Translations under genes and position numbers: made by a program
In this document: positions 1 to 10,975 of the stretch, piece after piece
How the letters are laid out: every line of letters starts with the position of its first letter
Position numbering within the stretch: the first letter of the stretch is position 1
DNA from: Heteronotia binoei
Taxonomy: Eukaryota
DNA length: 64,000 bases
Assembly: GCF_032191835.1 (NCBI RefSeq)
Contig: NC_083227.1
Span: forward strand, 17,174,001-17,238,000
Direction of reading: 5' to 3'
The notes under the pieces: model-generated
The model's database searches: none
The model's input: only the letters and a program-made list of their open reading frames with translations
What the model was told of the DNA's origin: nothing

Positions 1-410
1 CACAAAGATTTTCCAAAAGTGCCAAGTGTGCAGAACCACTGATGTAGGGATGCCACTGGTTAAGGAGTAGGATTTCCATTTTGGACAGAAAATGTGTGTG
101 AATGATGAATTTGATCAAAAATCAATCTCCAAAAATCTGTGAGCTGATGTTCAGTCCTTCTCCCCAGCCCTCTACATAATCTGGCTTGTGAAGATGGAAA
201 CAGCAAAGGCCACACAGAAGAGTGGGAAGAAATAGTCTAAACTGTAACAGAGAACAGCCCTAACAGATCACATAGTAATTTTTCTAAGGGGCACAGAATG
301 ATCTGAGTAACCAAGTTCTAGTCTACAAAAACTTCTCACCAGAAGAAATCAGTCATATTTTGAGATACCTCAGGCCTCTTGTCAGCGGGGGTTTGTTCTA
401 ACTGACCAAT

Positions 411-694
411 CAAGAAGAAAATGATATTGGATTTATATCCTGCCCTCCGCTCTGAATCTCAGAGTCTCAGAGCAACTCACAATCTCCTTTATTTTCCTCT
501 GCCTCAACAGACACCCTGTCAGGTAGGTGGGGCTGAGAGAGTGCTCTCCCAGAAGCTGCCCTTTCAAAGGCAGCTCTGCAAGAGCTATGGCTGACCCAAG
601 GCTATTCTAGCAGCTCTAAGTGGAGGAGGGGGGAATCAAACCTGGTTCTCCTAGATAAGAGTCCACACATTTAACCACTACACCAAACTGGCTC
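411..694 (-). mobile_element. tRNA-derived MIR/Ther1-like SINE (Squam3-like)
   Basis: Reverse complement starts GCCAGTTTGGTGTAGTGGTTAA (A-box-like head) and ends GGATATAAATCCAATATC plus a CTT-type tail; near-identical copies at 4512, 10711, 25568, 29001. Family name is from recalled consensus. Confidence 0.8.
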
Positions 695-854
695 TCAAAC
701 ACAGATCTCCATTAATCTTTAAAAAACAGGGCTGGTTCAAAGGGTTTTGGCACCCTAAGTGAACTGGGACATCAATGTCCCCCAAACCCAACATGAATAC
801 ACAAATGGAATGAAACATCAGTAGTCTTATTCCTAAAATCTTACATACCCAGGG

Positions 855-1053
855 GAATGCTGATTGCTGATTTGGAGTCAAGAAGCAATCTTCTCCAGGT
901 CAGTTTGGCCAAGGATCCTGGAGGTTTTTTTACCATCTTCTGGGCATGCAACAAGGTTCACTGCATGTGTGTGGGAGGTATTTGTGAATTTCCTGCATTG
1001 TGCAGGGGGTTGGGCTAGATGTTCCCGGAGATCCCTTCCAGCTCTATGATTCT
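855..1053 (+). mobile_element. CR1 LINE 3' end fragment
   Basis: Ends ...CCCTTCCAGCTCTATGATTCT, the CR1 3' tail; similar copy at 17615-17819. Confidence 0.7.
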
Positions 1054-1074
1054 GAAAAGGTTTGTGTATGTGTA

Positions 1075-1475
1075 AAGTGCCATCAAATTGCAGCTGACTT
1101 ATGGCAACTCATGGAGCTTTCAAGGCAAGAGATGAACAGAAATGGCTTATCACTGCTTGCCTCTGTGTAGCAACCTTGGGCTTTTTTGAAGGTCTCCCGT
1201 CCAAATACTAACCAGGACTGACCCTACTTAGCTTCAGAGATCTGAAAAGATCCAGCAAGCCTGGGTTACCCTTGTCAGGCAACAGAATGTGTCATCAAGT
1301 CACAACAGACTCATGGCAACGCCTTCTGTGGGGTGTTACGGGCAAGAAATGAGCCCAGCTGGTTCACCATTTCAACCCCAGTTTTCCTTGGTGGCCTCCC
1401 ATCCCAGAACTAACTGTGGCCAATCCTGCCTAGCTTCCAGGCTCCGACAAGCTCAGGCTAACTTGGGCTATAGTG
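1075..1475 (-). mobile_element. Two tandem 5S-rRNA-derived SINE copies
   Basis: Reverse complement of 1195-1255 resembles the 5S rRNA internal region (GATCTC..GAAGCTAAG.AGGGTC..CCTGGTTAGTA.TTGGA.GGGAGACC), followed by a non-5S body; a second, more decayed copy lies at ~1290-1475. Confidence 0.6.
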
Positions 1476-1800
1476 AGACTTCCTTCTGAATAAGCATGGT
1501 CAACATGCACTGGAGGAATGCTGGTTCAGCTCCTTCTCTGCCCTGCAACCTGGACTTCAAGGGCTGCCAGTGGCTAACTATTTTTAACCCTCCTCCATTA
1601 TGGCACCCTAGGCATTCTCCTAGGTTTGCTTAGTGGACTGGCTGGCCCTTGTTAAAATTGCAGCTGTGCTCAGCCCCAATTTGGCTAGGGATATTCCACA
1701 TTGAACTCCCACCCAAGACACACAAAAAGATTATGCCCTTTTAGAAAGGAGCTGTATCAACACACATAGCAAAAGTGTGTAGAAAGAGAGGGGTTAAACC

Positions 1801-1993
1801 AGGGCTTTTTTCTAGAAAAAGCCCAGCAGGAACTCATTTGCATATTAGGTCACACCCCTGGTGTCACCATTGTTTCACACAGGGCTTTTTGTAGAAAAAG
1901 CCCAGCAGGAACTAATTGGCATATTAAACCACACCCCTGACACCAAGCCAGCCGGAACTGCGTTCCTGTGCGTACATGCTCAAAAAAAGCCCT
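1801..1993. mobile_element. Non-autonomous DNA transposon (MITE), TIR AGGGCTTTTT/AAAAAGCCCT
   Basis: Terminal inverted repeats plus internal duplication of GAAAAAGCCCAGCAGGAACT..TTTGCATATTA; sister copy at 52799-53036 in the opposite orientation. Confidence 0.7.
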
Positions 1994-2469
1994 GGCTTAA
2001 ACTTTCTCAACTCCTCACACAACTGTGTTCTGAATCCGGGCACCCATAATTCATTTTGAATGTAACATTTTTCTGGAACAAATATTTCAAATTCCTTCTG
2101 TTCCAGCATCAGTGTATTCCACGTTCAAATGGCCAAATTCATCTTATTGTTCTAGCATGCATTTCTGGTGAGAACACCCATTGAACATTCAGTTGCTTTC
2201 ATGGCAATAGCTGCACAGTCCTTCCACTGAGAAGTCTCAGAATTGCTTTGCTTGGGTTGAACTTTGCTAGGCTGAGTTCTCAGTAAAGTTCACTTGTGCA
2301 AAGTAATGCTAGGCCCGGTCTGTATGCCCCGCTTAAGAACAATATCAAAACTCAAAGTGAGCAGAATTGTTATTGAATGGACTGTGACATTTTGGCACGC
2401 AGAGGGAAGATCACTTTTCTGAATCTTCAGAAACTCCCCACAAATAGAAAGTGAGTACAGAAGGGCAAG

Positions 2470-2768
2470 AAGAGCCCCGTGGCACAGAGTGGTAAAGCTG
2501 CGGTACTGCAGTCTGCTCACAACCTGAGTTCGATCCCAGCGAAAGCTGGTTCAGGTAGCCGGCTCCAGGTTGACACAGCATTCCATCCTTCCGAAGTCAG
2601 TCAAATGAATCCCCAGCTTGCTGGGGGGAAAGTGTAGATGACTGGGGAAGGCAATGGCAAACCACCCCGTAAAAAAGAGTCTGCCGTGAAAATGTTGTGA
2701 AAGCAACATCACCCCAGAGTTGAAAACGACTGGTGCTTGCACAGGGCATTACCTTTACCTTTTTACCT
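2470..2768 (+). mobile_element. Sauria SINE (Squam1)
   Basis: Head GAGCCCCGTGGCACAGAGTGGTAAAG, body GGGGAAGGCAATGGCAAACCACCCCG, tail of ACCTTT repeats; matches copies at 44799 and 52092. Confidence 0.85.
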
Positions 2769-2779
2769 CTGCTGTGTTT

Positions 2780-3830
2780 GTCTCTGCTGGCAGGGAAGTT
2801 TCTTTTTACCTTCCTCACCCCTAATGCACAGTATTGAAAAATGTTATCCTCCAGCCTGCCACCTGAAGTTGTACCATCCCATGTGGTTTTTGACTCTACC
2901 ATCAACTATCCAACTGTGCATAATCTGAGATTTCGCCCGTTTCAGTAAATGCTGCTTCAAAGATTTCATTTTTGTAGGGGTTCCCCCAGTACCTGTACCT
3001 AACCAAGTTCTCAATATTGAAGTAGCTCCTGTCCATGTTCCACACATCTACATCCCTAACCATGTTCTACCCCCCTACCCCAAATAGAACCCATCACCAC
3101 ACAAATTTCCATCCCCCCCGACAAAAAAAACAAACCCTGAGAGATTGCATGTAATAAGCAAAGAACTTAAAAATATATAAATTACTCCTCTGGCTAGTGT
3201 GACCGGTAAATATCGGCAAGTTAAGGATATCATACCACTGCCAAAATGCTCGCCAAAAGTAATCCAAGGCTGAGTGTCCTTTCCTGCATTTGGCTGCAGA
3301 CACACAACAAATGAATCCAGTCACTCCAATGGCACTGCTCTGCCTGGCTGGCTGCCCACACTGTGCCTCTGGGACAAATTTCACATGATTTGAGAGACCC
3401 ATCATTAGAATATCTTGGTTCTTTTTAAAAACGCTATTTATAGCAATCATACATAGCTGTTTGAAAGACTGGGCATACGTCCCTGAGAGGAGAGGAGTGT
3501 AAAATCCTTTGTCACAGTACAATTTATATATTCCCCCCCCCCTGTTTTCTAAGGTGAGAACTAGAAGCAGAGGGTTAGATCCTGTCTGCTTTCTTGCTAA
3601 GTCTAACCTAATTATTTTCTTCACTATCACCCCATCCACATAGCATTTAATAAACACATCCCATGATCCTTAATATAGATTTTCTAGTGGTCAAAGAAGA
3701 GCCCTCCTTTTTTTACCAGCAAAAAATCTATTTGGATCCAACCCAAATCTTTCCTAACTCTGCCTTTAAAAAAAAACCCAACAGAATGAAAGACATTAAT
3801 CTCCAAATCATCACATCCTAAGTGGTCTGG
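2780..3830 (-). mobile_element. Highly decayed L1/Tx1-clade LINE ORF2 (reverse transcriptase region) remnant
   Basis: Minus-strand translations give, in L1 order: DLEINVFHSVGFFLKAEL/ERFG (cf. DAEKAFDxVxWxFL...KFG), ARKQTGSNPLLLVLTLE (cf. TRQGCPLSPLLFxLxLE), WYDILNLPIFTGH...KFFAYYMQSL (cf. WxxLPLSLxGR...PKFLYLFQSL) and YWGNP. Similarities are weak and judged by eye. Confidence 0.45.
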
Positions 3831-3859
3831 ACCTCCAAATAAGTGGCTGTCTGGAGGGA

Positions 3860-5532
3860 AAATTTAGGCTGCTAGGCGGGAGACTTAAGGCCAGGACCTC
3901 GAAGGTAGCCTTCTCGGAAGTGCTACCTGTTCCATGTGCAGGGCTGGAGAGACAGGCACAAATTAGAAGTGTGTGGATGAGACGATGGTGTAAGGAGGAA
4001 GGGTTTAAGTTTGTTAGGCACTGGGATGCTTTCTGGAACAAGCGGGAGCTGTACAAAAAAGTCGGTCTCCACTTGTCCCCGGATGGAACCAGGCTGCTGG
4101 TGCTTAAAATCAAAAAGGTGGCAGAGCAGTTTTTAAACTAAATCTAGGGGGAAAGCCGACAGGAGATGAAATGTCTCTGGTTCGGGAAGACTCATCTCAA
4201 AGAGATGAAGGGTTAGCTGATACTTTTCTACCAGGTAATGGAACAGAGTTGTCCACTGAGACGGTGACAAACAGAATGGACTGCCTGCCAGAGTCTCGAG
4301 GCGGCAGGAGGAAGGTGGCGGGCGTAGCTTGCCTAGGAAATTATAGATGTATGTACGCAAATGCTAGAAGTCTTCGAAGTAAAATTGGTGAGTTGGAATG
4401 TTTAGTGTTGAGAGAAAACATAGACATTGTGGGAATTTCAGAAACTTGGTGGAATGAGGAGAATCAGTGGGACACGGTGATTCCTGGATATAAGTTATAC
4501 TGGAAGGATAGAACAAGAAGATATTGGATTTATATCCCGCCCTCCACTCCGAAGAGTCTCAGAGCGGGTCACAGTCTCCTTTACCTTCCTCCCCCACAAC
4601 AGACACCCTGTGAGGTGGGTGGGGCTGAGAGAGCTCTGACAGAAGCTGCCCTTTCAAGGACAACCTCTGCCAGAGCTATGGCTGACCCAAGGCCATGCTA
4701 GCAGGTGCAAGTGGAGGAGTGGGGAATCAAACCTGGTTCTCCCAGACAAGAGTCCGCACACTTAACCACTACACCAAACACCACTACACTACACCAAACT
4801 GGCTCTGGATAGGGAGGGAAGGGTTGGAGGTGGGGTGGCTCTGTATGTCAGAGAGGGCATACGGTCCAGTAAGACTGAGGTCAGAGAATTAGACTCCCTT
4901 ATAGAAATGCTTTGGGTTGAAATAGAGGGCCCAAAAGGCAATTTAACTATGGGAGTTTGTTATCGCCCACCAAATCAAAAGACAGAGGACGACTATAATA
5001 TGATGGAAGCCCTAAAGATGGTGGCTAGACGAAAAAACTGTGTCGTCATAGTTGATTTTAACTACCCACAGATTGATTGGGTCAATTGTTCTCGTCGAGA
5101 GAAAGAGACCGAGTTTCTAGATGCTCTCAATGACTGTGCTATGGAGCAGATGGTCACAGAACCTAGAATGATTACAGGCTTGGAACACTTTCCCTATGAA
5201 GAAAGGTTAAAACGCTTGGGGCTCTTTAGCTTGGAAAAACGTCGACTGCGGGATGACATGATGGAGGTTTACAAGACTATGCATGGGATGGAACAGGTAG
5301 AGAAAGAAGTACTTTTCTCCCTTTCTCACAATACAAGAACTCGTGGGCATTCAATGAAATTGCTGAGCAGTCAGGTTAGAACGGATAAAAGGAGGTACTT
5401 CTTCACCCAAAGGGTGATTAACATGTGGAATTCACTGCCATAGGAGGTGGTGGCAGCTAAAAGCATAGCCAGCTTCAAGAGGGGATTGGATAAAAATATG
5501 GAGCAGAGGTCCATCAGTGGCTATTAGCCACA

Positions 5533-5566
<34 letters not shown>

Positions 5567-5640
5567 ATTTTTGGCCACTGTGTGATACAGAGTGTTGGAC
5601 TGGATGGGCCATTGGCCTGATCCAACATTGCTTCTCTTAT
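3860..5640 (+). mobile_element. CR1 LINE with ORF1 esterase 3' end, ORF2 endonuclease, internal deletion of the RT core, and 3' tail
   Basis: ORF 3920-4141 (WDAFWNKRELYKKVGLHLSPDG) is the CR1 ORF1 SGNH/esterase end. ORFs 4171-4701 and 4835-5443 give APE motifs (CMYANARSL, VGISETWW, GVCYRPP, DFNYPQIDW) joined at ~5165 directly to the ORF2 C-terminus ([19 protein letters not shown]...FFTQRVINMWNSLP). The 3' UTR has a (GT)n(AT)n tract and a TTCTCTTATG tail. Confidence 0.9.
4512..4806 (-). mobile_element. Squam3-like SINE inserted in the CR1 endonuclease
   Basis: Same sequence as 411-694; flanked by GGATAG at 4506-4511 and 4807-4812; interrupts the CR1 frame between YWKD and GGGVALYV. Confidence 0.85.
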
Positions 5641-5865
5641 GGCTATCTTAGCTTTTCAGGCACCACCTTTGAAAACATGTCCACATACTCCACACTGGGA
5701 AAAGACACTGCATAATGTAATGTTGTTTTAATAAGTGTTGATGTGTTACAAGGCCAGCAATATCCAGGATAGGTGAGTCCCCATTCCTTCATTCTAGTTA
5801 TACTCCTGGAAAGTCCCCCTCCCCTCTGGGTTTTCCTAACACAGCCTTTCCTACAATTTATGTCC

Positions 5866-7319
5866 TTATGATGGTTCTCCTGGGTGGATCTTCATGTGCC
5901 TGTGGAAAACTGAGGAACTACAGAATCGTTTTTCACACACTGCACATTCGTACGGTTTCTCTCCAGTGTGAATTCTCTCATGTACAATGAGGTTTGATTT
6001 TTTACTGAAGCTTTTCTCACAGTATGAGCATTTATGTGGCTTTTCGCCTGTGTGCACCACAGCGTGTTTTCTAAGATGAGAGCTAGACACAAAGGTCTTC
6101 CCACACTCTGAGCACCCATAAGGTCTCTCTCCTGTGTGAGTTCTCTCATGTATAACGAGACGGGACCTCTGGCTAAAGTTTTGCCCACAATCCAAGCAAT
6201 GGTATGGCTTCTCACCAGTGTGTGTTCTTTTATGAGTTTTCAGTTGAAAACTGGTCCGAAAGCTCTTCCCGCACTCAGAGCATTCGTACGGCTTCTCTCC
6301 TGTGTGGGTGCGCTTGTGTTTGATAAGAGAGGCTATCTCCCTGAAGCTGTTGCCACAGTCTGAGCATTCATGTGGCTTCTCCCCTGTGTGTGTCCTTTTA
6401 TGAATCACGAGCTGGAAACTGATCCGGAAGCTTTTCCCACACTCAGAGCATTCGTAAGGCTTTTCTCCTGTGTGGGTTCTCTCATGTTTCACGAGAGAGG
6501 CTCTCTCGCTGAAGCTTTTGCCACAATCGGAGCATTTATGTGGTTTCTCACCAGTGTGTGTTCTTTGATGAAGCTTTAGGTGGCAGCTGATCCTAAAGGT
6601 TTTCCCACAGTCTGAACATTCATATGGTTTCTCTCCCGTGTGCGTCCTCTCATGCTTAATCAGGGCACCTCTCTCAATGAAGCTTTTCCCACAGTCTGAA
6701 CATCGATGTGGTTTCTCTCCTGTGTGGATTCTCATATGCTTAACAAGGATCCCTTTCTCACCAAAGGCTTTCCCACACTCTGAGCACTCATATGGCTTCT
6801 CTCCAGTGTGGGACCTCTCATGTTTAATTAGAGTGGATTTTGCATTGAAACTTTTGCCACAGACTGAACATGTGTATGGCTTCTCTCCTGTGTGGATTCT
6901 CTTGTGCTTCACAAGATTTGTCCTCCAGCCAAAACTTCTCCCACACTCAGAACAGATGTATGATTTCCCTCCCTCGTGAGGTGCTTCATGTGGGATGAGG
7001 GATACTTTGTGGTTTGAGATTTTCCCACAATGCAGTTTACCCTTCACCTGCACCTGCTGGTTCTTGGGAACACTGATGCTGTGAGGCCATAGCTCCTCAC
7101 TATTTTGCTCACTGTCCTCACAAAGGAACGTTCTGCTTGCTGGGTAGTTTCCATGATGCCATTCCTCTTCCTGTTCACTTCCATGCCTCTCTTCCATCTC
7201 AGGTCCCCAGAAAAAATTTCCTCCAGCTCTTCCCAGTGATATTCCACTGATGCCCTCCGGCTCAGGTCTTTCCACCTCAAGGGGGTTGTCCTCATTCTTG
7301 TGCACATGCTCATCACATT
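5866..7319 (-). CDS. ZF-1 last exon: 13 tandem C2H2 zinc fingers (SCAN/KRAB-family ZNF)
   Basis: Open frame with 13 CxxC-12x-HxxxH fingers and TGEKP-type linkers; acceptor ttctttgttccag|AA at 7319 (phase 1); stop at 5866. Confidence 0.92.
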
Positions 7320-7521
7320 CTGGAACAAAGAACCATACGTTTAGGGTGAATAAGGGAAGATACTCTGTGCATACTCTTACAGGTGGCAGGAGGCAAGATG
7401 GCCACAATAATGATGCTGAGGTAATGCCCACAGTTGCTTGGAAATTAACACAAAAATGGATTCCTGGACTTTCCAGCAACATCCACTTTGCTGTGGTCCA
7501 GGATCCAGTTTTGCTCCTTAC

Positions 7522-7648
7522 CCAGTGGGCTGACTTCCCAATCGCTCTCCTCCTTGATTTCCAGGGGGATCCGCAGCTTGATGATCTCCAAGGGATCTTC
7601 CTCTGACTTGGGGGATTTTACTACCTCATATCCCAAGGGGTCTGTTAT
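7522..7648 (-). CDS. ZF-1 middle exon (127 nt, degenerate KRAB-A-like)
   Basis: Acceptor ctgtttcag|ATA, donor CTG G|gtaagg; encodes [42 protein letters not shown]+G; phase 0 to 1 fits the last exon. Confidence 0.8.
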
Positions 7649-7742
7649 CTGAAACAGAAGAGGGCGGGAATCAAGACAAATCACAATAAATGATTTTGGA
7701 GGGCCAGTCTGACCCATTCCTTTCATGTACTTCTGTAAGGGG

Positions 7743-8160
7743 TAGGGTTGCCAACCTCCAGGTGCAGCCTGCAGATCTCTCACTCAGCATTCCCTCTAAG
7801 CTGAGTTAGCATGCGCTAGCTCACAAATTTTTAGCCGCCAGCTACAGCTCATTTTTGTCTTGGCTCAGGAAGGATGACTCCAGAGCACAATAATTTATGC
7901 AGAAGCTCACAACTTTAATGCCAGTAGCCCACAAAGTAGAATTTTTGTTCACAATACTGTGAAGCTTAGAGGGAACATTGCTCCCAGTATTATAGTTGAT
8001 CTTCAGATGACAAAGATCAGTTCCCCTGGAGAAAATGGCTGCTTTGGAGGGTTGACTCTATGGCACGGTACCTGCTGAGGTCCCTCTTCACAAACCCTGC
8101 TCTCTCCTGTTTCCACTCTCAAATCTCCAGGTATTTCTCAACCCAGAGTTGGCAACCCTT
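7743..8160. mobile_element. TAGGGTTGCCA-TIR MITE (hAT-like) with nested CAGTGTTCCCTCTAAG-TIR MITE at 7785-7980
   Basis: Outer TIRs TAGGGTTGCCA / TGGCAACCCT; inner TIRs CAGCATTCCCTCTAAGCT / AGCTTAGAGGGAACATTG flanked by CTCTCACT / CTCCCAGT (8-bp TSD-like). Confidence 0.75.
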
Positions 8161-8439
8161 GCAAGGCACCTGGGGAAATATAGTTCAGAGGATGCCTGAT
8201 TTCCACAGTATGGATTGATGCTTGGAAAAACTACATTTTCCATGAGCAACGGTATTCAAGCTAGAAGCTCCATTATAGCAGCTGTGCATGTGTCCAGGGA
8301 CAGTTCAATTTCTGGGACTCACATATCTGAAGGACAACATCTACCTTTACAGAACCATCCACCACCTTAGGTCAGCCCAGTGCCTTCTTTTTTGAGATGC
8401 ATGCTTTTAAGAACATAAGAACACAAGTTCAGGTGGTTT

Positions 8440-8615
8440 AAAGCAACAGAACAAAGTTTGAGTTCAGTGGCACCTTCAAGACCAACAAAGTTGAATTCTG
8501 GGCATAAGCGTTCATATGAACGAACACTTTCTCAGATACACTGAAACGGATTTCCACAACTAATCCTCCTTATCTTTACCTAACACTTGAGGAAATCTGT
8601 TTCATTGTGTCTATT
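8440..8615. mobile_element. Decayed Penelope-like element terminus
   Basis: Reverse complement of 8462-8540 reads TATCTGAGAAAGTGTTCG..GAACGCTTATGCCCAGAATTCAACTTTGTTGGTCTTGAAGGTGCCACTG, resembling squamate Penelope termini and 47459-47659; a short inverted repeat follows. Confidence 0.5.
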
Positions 8616-9513
8616 GCTCTATTATTTGAGCAAAAAATGCTAAGTCTCTACTATTTGAGCAACATTTCCAGTTTGTTGAATGTCACTTTTTCTTTCTAAC
8701 TTAGTTCTTATATTTTTATGATTGTTCTTCATTTTTTAAAATACAAGCCACTAGGATTGAAGCTGTGGGGGGGATATAATTTTAAAAATGCCTCAGCCTC
8801 ACAGGATGATAGTAGAGAGTTTGAACACTGACAATGCTATGTAAATACAAGGCAATATTCTTAAAGCAGCTTTCTATGTTCATCGCCTAATAATTTAAAT
8901 CAAGATCCACATATGGGTCGAGATGGTGTCATGGCTGCCTATTTGGCATTAAAATCTCCCACTTAAAACACGTGTGAAATTCCCAACATGGACTACAGCT
9001 CTTATGTCCCCCAGGACAAGAGAAACATGGTTTACCGATGCTATCTCTGGAGCTCTTGGGCTGCCTTCTGGTAATAAATGCCCTAGGAACCAGGCATTAG
9101 TTCCCTAGCATCAACACCACCCCCCCCTGGGCTTGTTATATAAACAAATATCAAACCTTCAAAGCTAGAATTCTGTTATCACAGTCCAGAATCTTCTAGG
9201 TGTGGGAAGCAGGTGACCACAGGTAGCCAATCCCATGCCTCTGTTTGGTACCACACTCCTAAATCCCCCTATGACATTAGATTAATTCTCTGGTCCTACA
9301 GGCAGGCCTGCCTGCCGAATGTATTGTACCCCAGATACTCGCCTACACTAGGGCTGCCAACTTCTGAGTCAGACCTTTGAGCTGAAGTCCTGTTAACAGC
9401 AACTGGTTTCACTCCAGGCCAGGAAAAGCTGGACCTGCAGATTTCTACACATCAAAACCTCTGGTAAAGACAGAGGCACAAGCCAGGCCTTTTAATTATT
9501 ATTATTTATTTAC

Positions 9514-9689
9514 CAGCTGTTTAGCAACCCTTTCAATCTGAGGGCCAGAGAACCTGAACCCAGTTCTGCATTTACACTGGCAGGATCATCAGGAACTGCT
9601 CCAGGATCACCAGCTCTGGAATTCGCTCCATGGTGTATCTCTTGGGCTTCAGCCCATGGCTGGCAAAGCTTTCAGAATGGGCTCAGTAC
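9514..9689 (-). pseudogene. Disabled SCAN-domain core of ZF-1
   Basis: After EGPQEVLSPF comes TGA (9672-9674) where ZF-2 and ZF-3 have Trp, then a +1 frameshift to LKPKRYTMERIPELVILEQFLMILPV, a TAA, and loss of the ERGPETxxQAVALAE segment; the old donor CTG|gtaaat is at 9514. Confidence 0.8.
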
Positions 9690-10154
9690 CTCTTGGGGTC
9701 CCTCATCCTGCCGGTAGCAGAACTCCCTGAAGTGCTGGTGGTCCATCTCCAAGCTGACAATGTCCTCATCCAGAATCTCCTCCTTCACTTTCACTGAAAA
9801 ATCAGGGGTTTCATTAGTTTCATCACTTTCTCCTGGGGAGTGGTTCCTATGCTCTCCTCTGGGCCACAGTCTCCCATCCATTTTACTGTTGAAGGAGGCC
9901 TGGTTTTCCTTTGCGCCATCCTCTGAGGAAGACTGAGGCCACCCCTGCTGAGGAGATTCTGCTGTCTTCAGGAACTCCTGCCACTGGGCACCCCAACACT
10001 GTTCTTGACCTTCATCTGGTTCTTGTTTAATTTGTTGAGGACATTCCATGGTTAAAAACTCTCCAATGGTCCCAGCCTGAACAATGGGGGGGTCTCTTCT
10101 TGCTTCTGCCAATCTCTCCTCGGATTTGGCTGCTGGTGGCTCCTGTTCCTCCAT
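9690..10154 (-). CDS. ZF-1 first coding exon (pre-SCAN region plus SCAN start), assuming the internal donor GAG|gtactg
   Basis: Acceptor tcaatccag| at 10175, ATG at 10154 (aaaATGG), sequence homologous to ZF-2/ZF-3 ([32 protein letters not shown]). The 3' boundary is inferred. Confidence 0.55.
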
Positions 10155-10466
10155 TTTGAATCTGAGCTGCACTTCCTGGATTGAAACAGGAAGTTCAGAG
10201 TTTGAGTGCCAAGTAGGGCCACAGCAACATTTGCTCAAATCATTCATCTAATCTGTTTTCATTGAGTAAAACCAGACACTGAGTTTAAAAAAAACAACAT
10301 TATGAAAAGATGTTCTGCCATAGGATTGACAACAGCCTGGAGAACAAAAGTCCAGTCTCATTAACACAGGCTCAATGGGATGTTATTTACCAGGTGATAT
10401 TATTTATGCCATTAAAAAGCATAAGTCTCTGAAAAAGGGGCAAGACATTTTTTTCTCCAGTTTGTT

Positions 10467-10710
10467 TAGGGTTGCCAGGCCTTCCTTGGCCACTGGAGGG
10501 GGACTGGGAGACAGGGTTGCCAGATCCAGGTTGGAAAACTCCTGGAGATTTGTGGATGGAGCCTGGGGTGGGCAGGGACCTCAGTGGGGTACAATGCCTC
10601 CCTCCAAAACAGCCATTTTCTCCAGGGGAACTGATCTCTGCAGTCTGGAGATGAGCTATAATTCTAAGGGATCCCCAGGTTCCACCTGGAGGCTGCAGCT
10701 GGCATCCCTA
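10467..10710 (+). mobile_element. TAGGGTTGCCA-TIR MITE (hAT-like, most abundant family in the window)
   Basis: TIRs TAGGGTTGCCA / TGGCATCCCTA with conserved body CCCTCCAAAACAGCCATTTTCTCCAGGGGAACTGATCTC; many further copies (e.g. 12241, 13835, 15165, 29932, 33030, 48268, 49277). Confidence 0.75.
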
Positions 10711-10975
10711 GGAAGGAGGAGGGGGAGGAGGAGGAAAGTCTGGTTTTATACCCCACCCTTCACTACCTGAAGGAGTCTCAGAGTGGCTTACAACCACCTT
10801 CCCTTCCTCTCCCCACAACAGATATCCTGTGAGGTAGGTGAGGCTGAGAGAGCTCTGAGAGAACTGGTGACTCACCCAAGATCACCCAGCTGGCTACATG
10901 TGGAGAAGGAGTGGGGGATCAAATCTGGTTCTTCAGGTCAGAGTCCACTGCCCTTAACTGCTACACCAAACTGGC
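10711..10975 (-). mobile_element. Squam3-like SINE
   Basis: Ends CTACACCAAACTGGC on the plus strand (SINE head) and carries a (CCT)n tail. Confidence 0.8.

Noticed and set aside
3094-3657. Endogenous RNA/ssDNA virus gene (LMMGLSN resembles a polymerase motif B; YWGNP resembles anellovirus ORF1)
   Set aside because: Each resemblance is one short word, whereas several L1-type RT motifs occur in the right order. Kept only as a low-level alternative in the findings.
4835-5443. 202-aa ORF as a host gene or functional LINE protein
   Set aside because: It is a chimera of CR1 endonuclease and ORF2 C-terminus with no RT core, and the upstream part is broken by a SINE.
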